DNA of 32,840 bases, taken from Sphacelaria rigidula (Eukaryota). A program made the translations under genes and the position numbers. Every line of letters starts with the position of its first letter. The first letter of the stretch is position 1. Positions 10,401 through 22,400 of this stretch are shown here, one piece after another. The notes under the pieces are model-generated. The model had not been told where the DNA came from and did no database searches. It was given only the letters and a program-made list of their open reading frames with translations. The DNA lies in assembly GCA_964200075.2 (NCBI GenBank), contig CAXNAA020000036.1, positions 1 through 32,840 on the forward strand, given 5' to 3'.

Positions 10401-13400
10401 CAGAAGTCGCCCACAATGAGCCAGGCTGACAAATATCGCCCATACTTCCATCACTGCAAACCGTATCTGGATGGCGACACGATAGTCTGGCTTCACTCGA
10501 CTCCCAACATCCTCTCACCTGGCCGGTGACGCAGTTGTAGTAGACGAAGGTGGCGTAACGGGGCACGATCTGCATACCGGCGTGTCCTGGTGTGAGTGAT
10601 GATATCAATATGCCCGGCGGCAAGAGTTCGAAACAGGATAGGCATCAGCTCGAATCGATGCACGATTTGTCTCCTTGATCCACCATCACCTCAAAACAAA
10701 GGACACCCCATCGCTCCTCTCCCCCCCTCATCGAATGCCGGATATCACATATTGTCAACCGTTGTTATCCGTCTTGCGCCAACCAACAAGAACATACAGG
10801 AGGAAAAAGCGCAGCCATCTCCATCGTACTCCGTGACCCAATATCTTGACCATCCGTTAGCGAATGCTCACCGTTAGTGGCCACGGTGGAGTAGATGGAG
10901 TGGTACTCGTTGTCCTGGTTGACAAGAACCGGGTGCGTGTTGTCACCGGGATAGCAAGTCATAAGGTTGGCCTCGCCGGACATGAGACAGTTGGCGTTGA
11001 AGAGACCGGTGATACCCGGCGAAACCATACTGCGCCAGTTGTAAGTGTCCATGTCGAACATACCCGAATACACCGCGATCCGCACGTTGGCTGCGTTTTG
11101 GGGGGGGCGTTGGTGGTTGAACACAAGATAAATGGGTAGAGCGAGAGCGCGTCCGGGGAGGCGTGGTAGGGGGCAGGAATACAACAGACACGTTTCAGGT
11201 GCACGTTCACAAGTTTACTCAAAAACTCAACTTTCGAACCCTGGGTCAAGCTAGCAATACCCACCTTTCGAAATCGTATAAGTAGTAGCTAGATAACTGA
11301 CCACGGTATATGAAGTCGACAATATAGAAATTTACTTCAAGGTTGGAGTCATGCTACGATAGGGGGGCAGGGGGTATTTTGGGCCGTTTTCTTCCACGAA
11401 ATTTCACTTCAACCGTCGTTGAAAGCAGCAAACAGTTGTTCGAACGCGCTTGCTCCCGATATAGAACGCCCATTTCTACTGCGTTGCGCCGCATCTACCC
11501 AAATACAAGCGCAGCACCAGTGATGAGGGGCAGGGATAGATTATGACTGACCAAATGACCCAAAAAATAGGAGCACCAAGCTGGCACAAAAGGTTGGGCA
11601 ATAAGTTGGCCAAGCTTTCGGCAACGATGGTCTACTCGGACGTATTAATGGGGTAGTTACCCATGGTGGAACGTCAACAGAATGTACGTCAAAATCCAAT
11701 GTGCGAAACTTCGTGTTATGCACCCCGTCCTCGAACCTTGCACGGTAAATATGACCTCACTGGAAAAAATTAACCGGCACAGCCGGGAGGAGAGAAATGG
11801 GATGGGGTCACGGAACGCCTCGATTATTACTATGCAGATCGCATGGCACCAGCGCGGGGTAGTTGTAAAACACTCGATTACTTCCCACGAACAAAAAATG
11901 CTGGAAAGAAAGGCGGTAGGGTAGGATCGATGGAAAAGGAACTATTAGACGGGTAAAGTGGTGGTACTGCGGGCATTTGGAGTCCCTCGAGATATGGCGA
12001 TAATAAACTTCAAGAGGAAATGCGAAGTCGGACAGTACGTTTGGGGACCAGGAAAGGTAGAAAGGGAGCGATACAGGAGGGAACTGGGGACACCTCCAAC
12101 ATTCTGGCGCTCATTACGGGAGGGGGGGGGTAGGGAGGGGCGCACTCAATCATCAAGCGCGAAGCGCCGTGGTGTGTTCGGCGAGTCGCATGAAGGGTGA
12201 GCTGCACCCTGCTAAGATTGATCGGCCCCAAGCCTACTGATTGTCTTGTATTTGGATGACAGCCTACAATGGGGTGCTCTATTTTCTGGCATCGCCACAT
12301 CCTGAGACAGCCACGGCTTATACTCCACCTCATAGGTGCCTCACCAGTGAAACACCAAGTGGTGCAAACATCCACACTGTGCGGAGTTGAGGTTCGCCCA
12401 CGCCGCACAACATGATCTAGCTCGACCACCATTATGGTGACCGCAAAAAAAACCAAGCGCTCAAAAGAAAAACGGTAACCTGGTTGCCTAGCTTCCGTAG
12501 TGAGTGGCGTGTTTTATGGCGTCATCGCCAACAAACGCCAACCCCATCGGGGTCCGCCCCTACAAAGCCGGGACAGAGCACGCCGAGTTTTCGACGGACC
12601 AGGTGGAGAGGGGGGGGATCTGCCCGAAAGAAGAGTTACACCCGTAGTCGGGTGGAGAAAAGAGATACCAGAATATCCGTTAAGGCAAGGTAACAGAGTA
12701 GATCTCGTAGAGTGGGAAGATATATACATATATACTATACAAGGGCGGAAGTGACGTGTGTGACCAGGAGATGGGGAAACTAAACGATGACATGAAATCG
12801 TTTGGTACATGAGATAGCGAGAGAGGGATGTATGGTCGTTGGTCGATTGTGTTGAACCGAGCAATAAATGAGTACGCCACCCCTCCTCCCGCCCCCGCTA
12901 CGCCGCTCGCTCCCAACTCTCGAATGCCCCATGCAACAGCGTACACACCTCCGTCCTCGGCATTGCAGTCTGACACTTGGAGCTCGTCGCGAGAAAGGTG
13001 TGTGAGGGTATGGCTGCCAATAAAGCCATCGTTGGGGTTAGCTAGTACCGCCTGGAGCAGAGCGTCACTGTTCCATCCGCCGCTGGCCGCCTCGGCTTCC
13101 ATGAGGGGTACGGTAAGGCTCATGTAGTCCGGGGGAATAACAGTGTCCTGTAGGCCTGGAAATTGTGAGGGGAGGGGGGGGGGGGGCATGCGTGATACTT
13201 TTGAATGTGCCTGGAGTGTGATGGAACATACGTCATGATGTCCCGTACTTCAGTACACTGTAAAATGGTTGTGCGGCCGGTCAGTCATGATAGTCGCTCT
13301 GCTTGCTTTGTGAGTGGGTATCGTTTGGGTTCTTGAACCAATGCAGTCGCGCACCTGAAACTATCACGTGGGATGACTGATGGCAGCGGTCACTTTGATG

Positions 13401-16400
13401 CACCGGGAGGGTGTTTAAACAGAAGTACTCCATTGCTCGAGGCAACTAAAAATGGGGTTGGGGAGGGGAGAGAGAGAGGGAACACTGGTAGCGTATCGAA
13501 ATAACCTATTAGCAATCCCCCGTCATGACTTCGCACTCAGGATACCGCACACGAAGCCAAGTCATTGGGACAGATCGCGGCACCATCAGACACCAATAAA
13601 ACAGTGAAAGGTGGGTAACGGACGGGCGGAAATCCGGAGAGATTTCTCACGTTACAAACAAAGCCAAGTTCGCGAAACACTCCCTCATCGTAACACCGAA
13701 CTACGTGCGCAGGATGGACTCCGCGGAAACCCGAGTATATATAGCGAGCGTGGCTGGCCACACACTCAAACTCACCAGGAGGTGTCATCTTTGTCCCCTT
13801 GACCGTGACCATCGTATCCTTGTACGGAGGTACGTGCTGAGAACCAACCTATACGTCGAAGCACGCGGTCGCATGGGGGCGGTGGACTAGGTTTATGAGA
13901 TACATCGCTGTGTACACACTGGCATGCTGATTTTGTCGGGGCTGCGGGCGCAATATTTGGAGGGCACGATGGTAGTGGCCAGGATTAGAGCCGCACAATC
14001 TCGGCAAACACAATGCCGCAGTGCCTGCCGGCCACGGTGGTGTGGGTATTATCGCCCACGATACAACGACCCTACGCTCGCGCCGTGTCACCTTTTGACT
14101 CAGGTGGGAAACGGAAACCACGGCCCACGTCCACTGAAGCAACGGCGAGAACATGGTCGAACGCTTCACATTCCGACGGAGAGTACATAACATCTCCTTA
14201 AAACGAACATCCCTTGAAGGTACACCCGGGCACCCGCCCCCTTTCCCACCCCTCCTGACCTCAACATGAGCAACGAAGAAAGAAGTACACGTCCTGTAGC
14301 TCAGTTAAGACATTTGAACTCCACCGCATGGACTTTGAAGTGAATTCATCAACAGCCTACGCCTGAAAGACGTCACCCAAGCGGAAAAGTACTCGCTGGA
14401 TCTTTACCCGCAGCGACGTCTTCATGCTCTCTACAGTGGGGGAGCCCCGTGTACTGTGAAGGTCCGCTGTCAAATTTTATGTGTATGGTACAATCATGCT
14501 CACATGTTGAAGGATACCAGCCCCGTTGAAGGCGTACTCCGTAATGATTTCGGACGAATACTGGGTGTTCAGATCATTCTGCACGTCGATGATCTGCTCG
14601 TAGTCTGCAGCGGAACATCTGTATGCCTGTATTAATCAAAGCGCGAGTTCCACACCGGCAAGTCGCAAAACGAGTGGGACAGAGGCGAGAATGCACAATG
14701 CGGAGGTCAGGTGATCGGAGATCGAGCTTGAAAAAGCATGAACATCAAGTGACTGATATTCGAGTAGGCGGGGGCAAAGGCGTGACATACCCAAATACTT
14801 CGCGACTTCAGGGGTGACATGAACGAGAGTATCCCCCTGTAGCTCAGTTTTCATCTACGGAAAAGCGGGGGGGGCGCGGTGTGCCTTCACTTCCCCCCCA
14901 TTAGGATCTACGATAGGACGTAAACAGGTTTGAAAGGCGCAACCCGAAGGAAAACGGGAACGGGAGATTGCAAGGTACGATTATAAGGGTTGGCGACAAC
15001 GAACCATTCACTTACTGTGCCCTCGTTCAACGAGTCATCATATTTGAATTCGTTGGTAGCGAGGAACAGGTCATCAACCGTTGCTCCCAGGTAGAAACGG
15101 CGCTCTCCCTACCGTCGACGCCAAGCCCGAACAGAAAAAGGTACAGGCGAGGTCGGGTAAGAAGGGGGGCGGGAGGGGGGGGGGAGTCAGTGCTCATATC
15201 ATGCGTATACTTCGACCAAAAGCAAAAGTGTCTTGTACGAGAGAGTAGAGAAAAAAAATGGAAATAATTGGCTTTCACTGTGAATTGTGAACATCCGTGT
15301 ACTGTTGTTACACCAGGACATGTTGACGTCACTCCCGAGAAGCCGGTACGGAGCGTTTTCGAAATCTACCACGGAATGACCCCCATTCCAACAGCTCAAG
15401 CGGAGGAGAATGTTGCCGCATCTCACCAGAAAGACTCCCTTCGTAGCCCACTCCACGATGTGGTGCGCCCATGCCCACGAACCCAAGTCGAACCACCCGA
15501 TAGAGAAGAACACGTGCAGCTCTTCGAGACCTGAGGTGGCATTCTTGTACTCCATCATGGCCGCGCTGGGAAAACCGTCGCTTGTAATCGGTGTTCCGGA
15601 TGCATCACGGTACCTTGTGCATGACACGATACAAGGACCGGCAAAGGAAGGAGGAGCAAGAAATGTGGTCAGGTTTCACATCACTTAGCTTGGTCCTTTT
15701 CTTCCTTGCTCAAGCCCCGAAATGTCAACGTGACCCATAGCTTTCCGAGCCGTGTTAGCAAACCTCTCGTTGCCTCAAGATACAAATCAAGCACGGTCTA
15801 CTATTGCTATGATGTGTTGTAGATGACAAGACGGCGACTTCGTCTGGTTTCTGGAAACTGGATCGCCCGACGGCACGCAAAAGAGCCCACGAAGGAACCT
15901 GAAATCCTCTATTGCGAGCGTGCCGTCGGCCGTCGCTGGAGGTCCGATTTATTTCTACCGTACGAGTTGGCACAGGAGGGGGGTGACAAAAAAGATAGCA
16001 TATTATCATGCAAAACAGCTAAAACATGGCCATCGGATACCGCATCGAGGACATGAATATTTGTCGTCGACTAGACCGCCACTGTGAATCATTGCCAGCG
16101 GTGGCCGTCTGATCCATCACGGTCGCTATGACAAATTGTCCTGAAACTGATGCAACATGGTCGATCCAACTGCAGGGAGAAATTCATTGGACCCATGTAG
16201 TTTCCAGACCCCTCATTCCTCACCCACCGAGTTTTTGTGGAGGCGTGCTTGAAGTCATCCTACGATGGGGAGGGGGGGGGATATCTCGGGCCACTTCTTC
16301 CAAACGAAATTCCAAGTCAAATCGTCGCTGAAAGCAGTCACAGCAAGTATATGACGCTCATCCATGCCGCATGTCATCGTTGATAGAACTGGCTTTTTTT

Positions 16401-19400
16401 CGTGCAATCAAATATCCCCCCACCCCCCCCATCGTAGGACGACTCTTCGGCTGTAGCGATTTCTCAAACGAGCACGATCAAGTTCGACAGTCCGGGCATG
16501 CCTTTAGCAATTGTACGAGGAATGCCGATGTACAAAATACTTTCAAAACACCCCGAAATAAACAAACCATAATAATATTTTCGTAGCACAGGAAGCGGCC
16601 TGAGTGGTCAGCCATAATGATATTTAGGCGTCACAAATCATATCTCCCCTTTACAGCAACACGGACCAACCATGAGCTACCAAATATGCCATTAATGGAA
16701 TGCTTTCAACAGTTCTCGTGTGCTTAGTCTACGCGTAGTAGGACCGGTCGATTCATCCTCTGCCTTCGCAGGATACAAGCCAACGGCCGGCAGCCGCGAC
16801 TTGCTTCTGTACTCACTCGGCGATAGGTGTGGTACCGGGAGTAGCTTCGATGATGCGGATAGCTTGGGTAGCGAGACGGTTTGCAGTAGGGTCGGTTTGC
16901 AGGCCAGAGTTAACTATCCTCGCCCCAGCAGCACCCGCAGCTGTTTGAGAAGCGCGTGAAGAGAGAATCCGATGGCACCAATGCGTCAAAACATAGGCCA
17001 CACGAAAAGTACATGGACACAGATAAGAACGCGTATGGAGAATGCTACACCGCACCGGTGGGGACGCTCTGTACGTGACACACGATGACTCACTTCAGAC
17101 GATCACACGGATATTGGGGACACCTAGGGGTTGTGGAATCCCCGCCCAGGCAAAAGCTTGGAACAGCAATATGTGCGAGGATGACGCGAAGTAAGCAATA
17201 GCAACAAAAAAAACGAAACGATGACAACATTTTCAATCCTGTTTTCAAAAGAATTGAGAACCTCCTTCATTTCAGCAGGGGCACAAGTTCCACTCACAGG
17301 TTAGCCCGATAGCGGGCGGCAACAACAAGTCTCCTGCCCAGTGCGCCTGAACGCCGAGCTTAGCTGTGAAGTCAGGATGCACGGACGTGCCAGAAACGTC
17401 GAAATACACAATACGAGCCTTGAACGTGGCGGAGTACTCGGACAAAGCGGCAAACTGGGCGTCAGACGCTGGCAATCCCACGTACACGGCGTTGCACTTT
17501 CCATGCTCGGGGTCAATCGTCAGCTCCGCCAGAAGGTCGGTCTCCGCGGATGCAACAATGATGATCTGCATTCGTAGTTCACGACAATGATGATAACAAA
17601 TCTTTGAGCGCTAGGCAGGAGCAGTTCCTGATTGCAGGGGGGGCTTACTGCATGGAGGTCACGAGCGCGGTGCAGCACTCGAAGCCGTACAAAACAGGAT
17701 GCCGTTCAAATGCATCCATAGAGTCGATTGACGGCGCAACCGTGCTCGGCTTAGCATGGATCAAATTTTGAGCACAGTTACGCGCCACGGGAAGATAAAA
17801 GTTCACGCCGAACAGGCAGCAGGTCGGGTTTCAGCTGGCCTGTGCCCTTGGTATCGGGTTGGCGTGACCGAGTGCCCCTTCGACCGAACGAAAATAAGAG
17901 TTCAATAGCCCCTCATGGACAGTTGTGGAGTGTCGTAACACGCTTGGTACACTCCGCACCTCCGCCCTACCGATCGGAAGCAGACGAACTGCTGATATGG
18001 ATTACAGTCCATGAGCTTACGAACGAAGAGTCATGTCTGCTGGTCATCTCACCGACACGGAAGTCGAACACTCGACAAGGGAAAAATACACTACCGACGG
18101 TAAAGAAGGACACTCGTCGCATGAGCAGGCCTGGATTCGCAGTGTAGGTTTTACCCAAGTCAGACGCGACCCCACGAGCAATACGCGATATGGTACGAGG
18201 AACGTATTCAAAGCACTCGAGAGCAGACCTGCCATGATCGTGTGCTTACCGGACCGCCCGACCAGTATCCCTTGTAGAAGATCTCCATCATGTACGGACC
18301 CGCGGTAGCCTCGGTCTGACGGGTTGCAAAGTGCATGGATTGGGGTCAACACGTCAGTCAAGAGAACGGAAATGCCTGAAGCACGGTGCCATTTTGGAAA
18401 CGGCCGCCCCAATACAGACTGAAGATAAAAGCTGCACAATTCTCTCGCGTGTCGTTGCTACTAGCATGAGGCAATAACTTCACGTCATCGGCTCAAAAAT
18501 CGCGCATTCTCTCTACATGACATAACTGCAGCACGAGCGGGTAAACCTTGCAAGTAAGAGTATGCGTTCTTCGCTATTTCACTCCCTATATTCACTTACG
18601 ATTGCCGCAGGGGTGAGGATGCAGGGTAGCAGGTCCACATACACGATGTCGGGCGGGATGGGAGAGGGGGGCGGAGAAGAAGACGGGGGCGGGGTAACTG
18701 GTGGGGTAGATGTGCCATTGGACATGTCGGGCAGGGAGGGGCGGGGGCGAGGGCAGGGACGAAGGAAATGTAAGACTGTAGAACTCTTGAAACTGCAAGT
18801 GGGAGTGCGCCGTACTCACACGAAACAAGATGACCTCGTTGTGCATCATGTGTGCGTCTTGCCAGTCCATCTATTCTGAACCGTCCATGGTACACTTTAC
18901 GGTATTTGTGGTTGCACCAGCCGGGGTCACATAGGAGGAACGCTAACACAGGATTTGTTTACCCTATCTTTTGTTCTAATATTTCACCCTTCCTAGTATT
19001 TCGCCTTCTGCAATAGTTGACTTCTTCTCTATCGCGAGAGGAATTCGGTGGCTCTTTTTTCTCGTCCCCCGTGACGATTTTTGTGCACCCACGACATAGT
19101 CGCGCTCTACCGCTGTGCGAAATGTGAGAAAAATCCTAGATCGAGTGACTCTCACCGAGATTCGACACCACGTCCCAAGCGTCAGAATGTTCCGAGGTTA
19201 CCAACTGAGCCACTGGGGGAAATTTGGCTTCATAAAAAGAACGAGATACCCTTCGCTCGATGAGCAGTATTAGGGCCGTTATTGTTTTCCCGTTGTTGTC
19301 GATTGTCAGTTTTACCTTCGATGCTGTAGATGTTCATCGCGTTGATGCCGCCGCAGATGACGTTAGCGTCACCGGAACAAGCCCTGTTGCAACCAGTAGA

Positions 19401-22400
19401 CCGGCCGTACTTGTCGATGTCGCTCGAGGCAGGTCCACACCAGCACTGCAGAAGTAGGACGTCGTGGATGGGGCAAATGCAAGCAACCCATCCAAAGAAG
19501 TAGAAAACAGCACAGTAGACCCGCCTTGAACAACTTAGCTTGAACCTTCGTGGACTACTCTCGGCTATAGTTGATTAATTGATTGATTGATTGTCGCACT
19601 TTGACTGACCCCCCAGCGGTCCAGCCGTGGTCTCATGATAGGCTGTTGTGCTCGCCCTGAAGTGAGGCACGCCATGAGTAGCTAGTAACGAGAGCATAAA
19701 GCGCCGTGGCATGAACGAAAAAGCTGACGACAGGGAGTGTGCAACCCCAACTTGAAGCGCCCTCGAACCCTACGCGACTACGCGTGCAGTCTGCTGAGAG
19801 ATGCTCACTATTAATAGCAAAGCTATGAAGCGCAGACCAGAAAACGGCATAGGGAAAAACGAGCGCTTTTGCTATCGGAAGGAAGCACAGTCTGCCAAAT
19901 TGTGAGGAAATCGAGGCAAGAAACAAAAGACGACGCGCCACTCCCACAGCGCGCTATCGCACCTCGTTCCCGTACTGCACGCCGGAGTACGTGTTGGTAG
20001 AGTCATCCGCGCAGAGAGCCTTGCAGCTCTATCATACGTGGCCGATAACGGAAACGCGGGCAAGAAAAAGAACGCATTGTCAGAAGGCGAAGCACCGCGG
20101 TAATATGGACTGTTGAGCATACACGGTGCCGGTGTTTCTTCGGAACGCCGCGCCTCCTGCGTCGACACCGTAACGAAATTAGTTGCGGTCATGGCGCAGA
20201 TTTGCAGTCCTAACTCCCGCGAGGCGGCGGTCGAGAAATGCGGTCAAGTCTCGAGGCCATTCTAATACCCTGCACTATACTACCGTACCCCGCCCCCTCC
20301 CTCCCCTCACAGGGGTTGGCGTCGGTTGGCAATAGCGCTGTAAAAACGTCATTCCTTGCGTGACCAGGTTACTGGTTCAACTTTGCGCTTCTTTTGTTCG
20401 CGCTTGCGTGTTTCTTGCGGTAACCGTGACGGTGGCCAAACTACATCGTATTGTGCCGGGTGGGAAAACTTCGATTTAGCGCTATGGGGATAAATATCCT
20501 ACGTGGTGTTTCATAATTAGACCCCCTTGAGGCGGTGTGTAATCCGTGGCTGCCTCTGGAACTTGCATTGTAGGAATCCAAATGCAAGACGACCAGTGCG
20601 CTTCGGGTTGAACAATGTTGGTAAGATGCAGCGTACCCTTATGCGATTCGTCTAACACATCACGGTGCTTTGCGCATGGGGATTGATTACAAGCCTGGTC
20701 CGGCGTGCTCCGCCCCGACTTTGCAGGGATGCGAATTCACCCATCTTATGACTAATGTGTACACCCCCCTCCCCCCTCCCCCTTTTCCACTTCTCGACGT
20801 TGTTCTGGGCTAGATATCATCACTGGTTTTTCCATGTAGAATTCTGCTTGGGGGTTTCAGAGCTACCTTTCTTTCGAGCTACGAGTGTATTTCTCAGCGC
20901 ACGCAGCGCCCCCGTATGCACTTCCTCAAACAATATTCCATACAAACGCAACAAGGTCGGAACATGACACTGCGTCATCGACCCACCCTCGCTGTTACGG
21001 TATGAATGTAGAAGGTATCACGGACTATGTTGCCGCGTACGCCCCACACTCGTGCATCGAACCCTTCCCACTTGTGTCGACATTGAGATGCTCAGTACCG
21101 ACAGGGTGAACTTTCCTCGCCCCCGTCCTCCATGCTTGCTATCTACCCACAATTACCGCCAACCGAGCATCGAACTGAAACCTGCATGACTGGTCACCGT
21201 TGCCAACAGCGGCCCCGCACAACCCTCTTATTCCCCACTAATCGCACACGTACCTCTGGGGTCATATCGGGGATACCCTTGGTGGATTGGGGGAAAATTC
21301 GGTCAACCTGGACGTCTGCGTAGCAATCACCGTCGATAAAGGTGTTGCTAGGGCCGGGACTGGGTGGCGGGGCTGGGGCAGGAATGGTCCGTGGAGAATA
21401 TCGCAAAAGAGCGGACGGGAACCAGCATCGGCGGCGGGGGGGGGAGGGAGGGCGTTCATCCCATATACGTCACTGCGATACAAAATGTGGAAGTTGACGA
21501 CACGCCGTCCGGGGAACGAATCATTTTGAATCATTTTTCAGAAGAAGCGATCGTCCGCGACCAGCCACTGTACTCCTGTGTTCTTCGATGAACAGAGGAT
21601 CAGAGCCATATCTATTCTACGCAGTTCTTAGCCGGCAAGCTAGCGACTACACAGTCGCTGGTGCAAACATTCCTGCCTAGTCGATGATTGGAAGGGAACT
21701 GGGCATGCTCATTGCTTTTGATATATGCTCCGAACCTCACTCCGTGGAATCCTACGGAGCGTTCTTTTTTCTACAGCAGGATGATTGGAGACGGCCGACA
21801 TTGTCATGGCTATTTCGTGAAACGTATTCTCCATTGTACCATAATTCGGATCTAGGGAGACCAACGGGGATTATCATTCACAAGCTCGACTCAACAGTGG
21901 GACTACTGAAATCGAAGGATATTGCTTCCGACCAAACCGAGATAAACAGACGGTGAGCGTATTCGATGACCCAGTGGATGAGGAAACGCTCGCATCATGA
22001 TTCACGGCAACTTACAGTCCATGTTGTAGATGTTCATGGCGTTGCTGCCACCGCAGATTTCATTAGCATTTCCGCTGCAAGGCATGGTACACGCGGCCGA
22101 CAGTCCGTGTTGAGAGATGTCGCTCGAGTCTGGTCCACACCAGCACTGCAATACAGAGAACGATGGACAATATTTCACGGCACAAGTCAACGAGACGATA
22201 GAGGCACTCATGTAGTTTGTAGAGGAGCGAGATAGAATCTACGCTGCGGGAGTAAATTAGATTCAGCGGTGCACACCACTGTCAGGTAATGGCCCAACCT
22301 AGATGATACGCGGCAAATATTAATTAATATAAATTGCATGACAACAACTCTTTTTGTTGTCCTTTTCCGGGGGGTAGCGTGCTCCACAAGACAAGTATCA

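Noticed and set aside
18185-18270. Alternative exon reading GILVGRSGKHTIMAGLLSSALNTFLVPYR (ORF 18044-18439)
   Set aside because: Its phase does not fit the upstream donor at 18599. The overlapping 18250-18315 exon in another frame has a CTGAC branch site, CAG acceptor, GTAAGC donor and matching phases.
20990-21065. RCYG...SCIE stretch resembling another intronic WSC remnant
   Set aside because: Cys spacing is wrong and there is no nucleotide similarity to the real WSC exons; likely chance.
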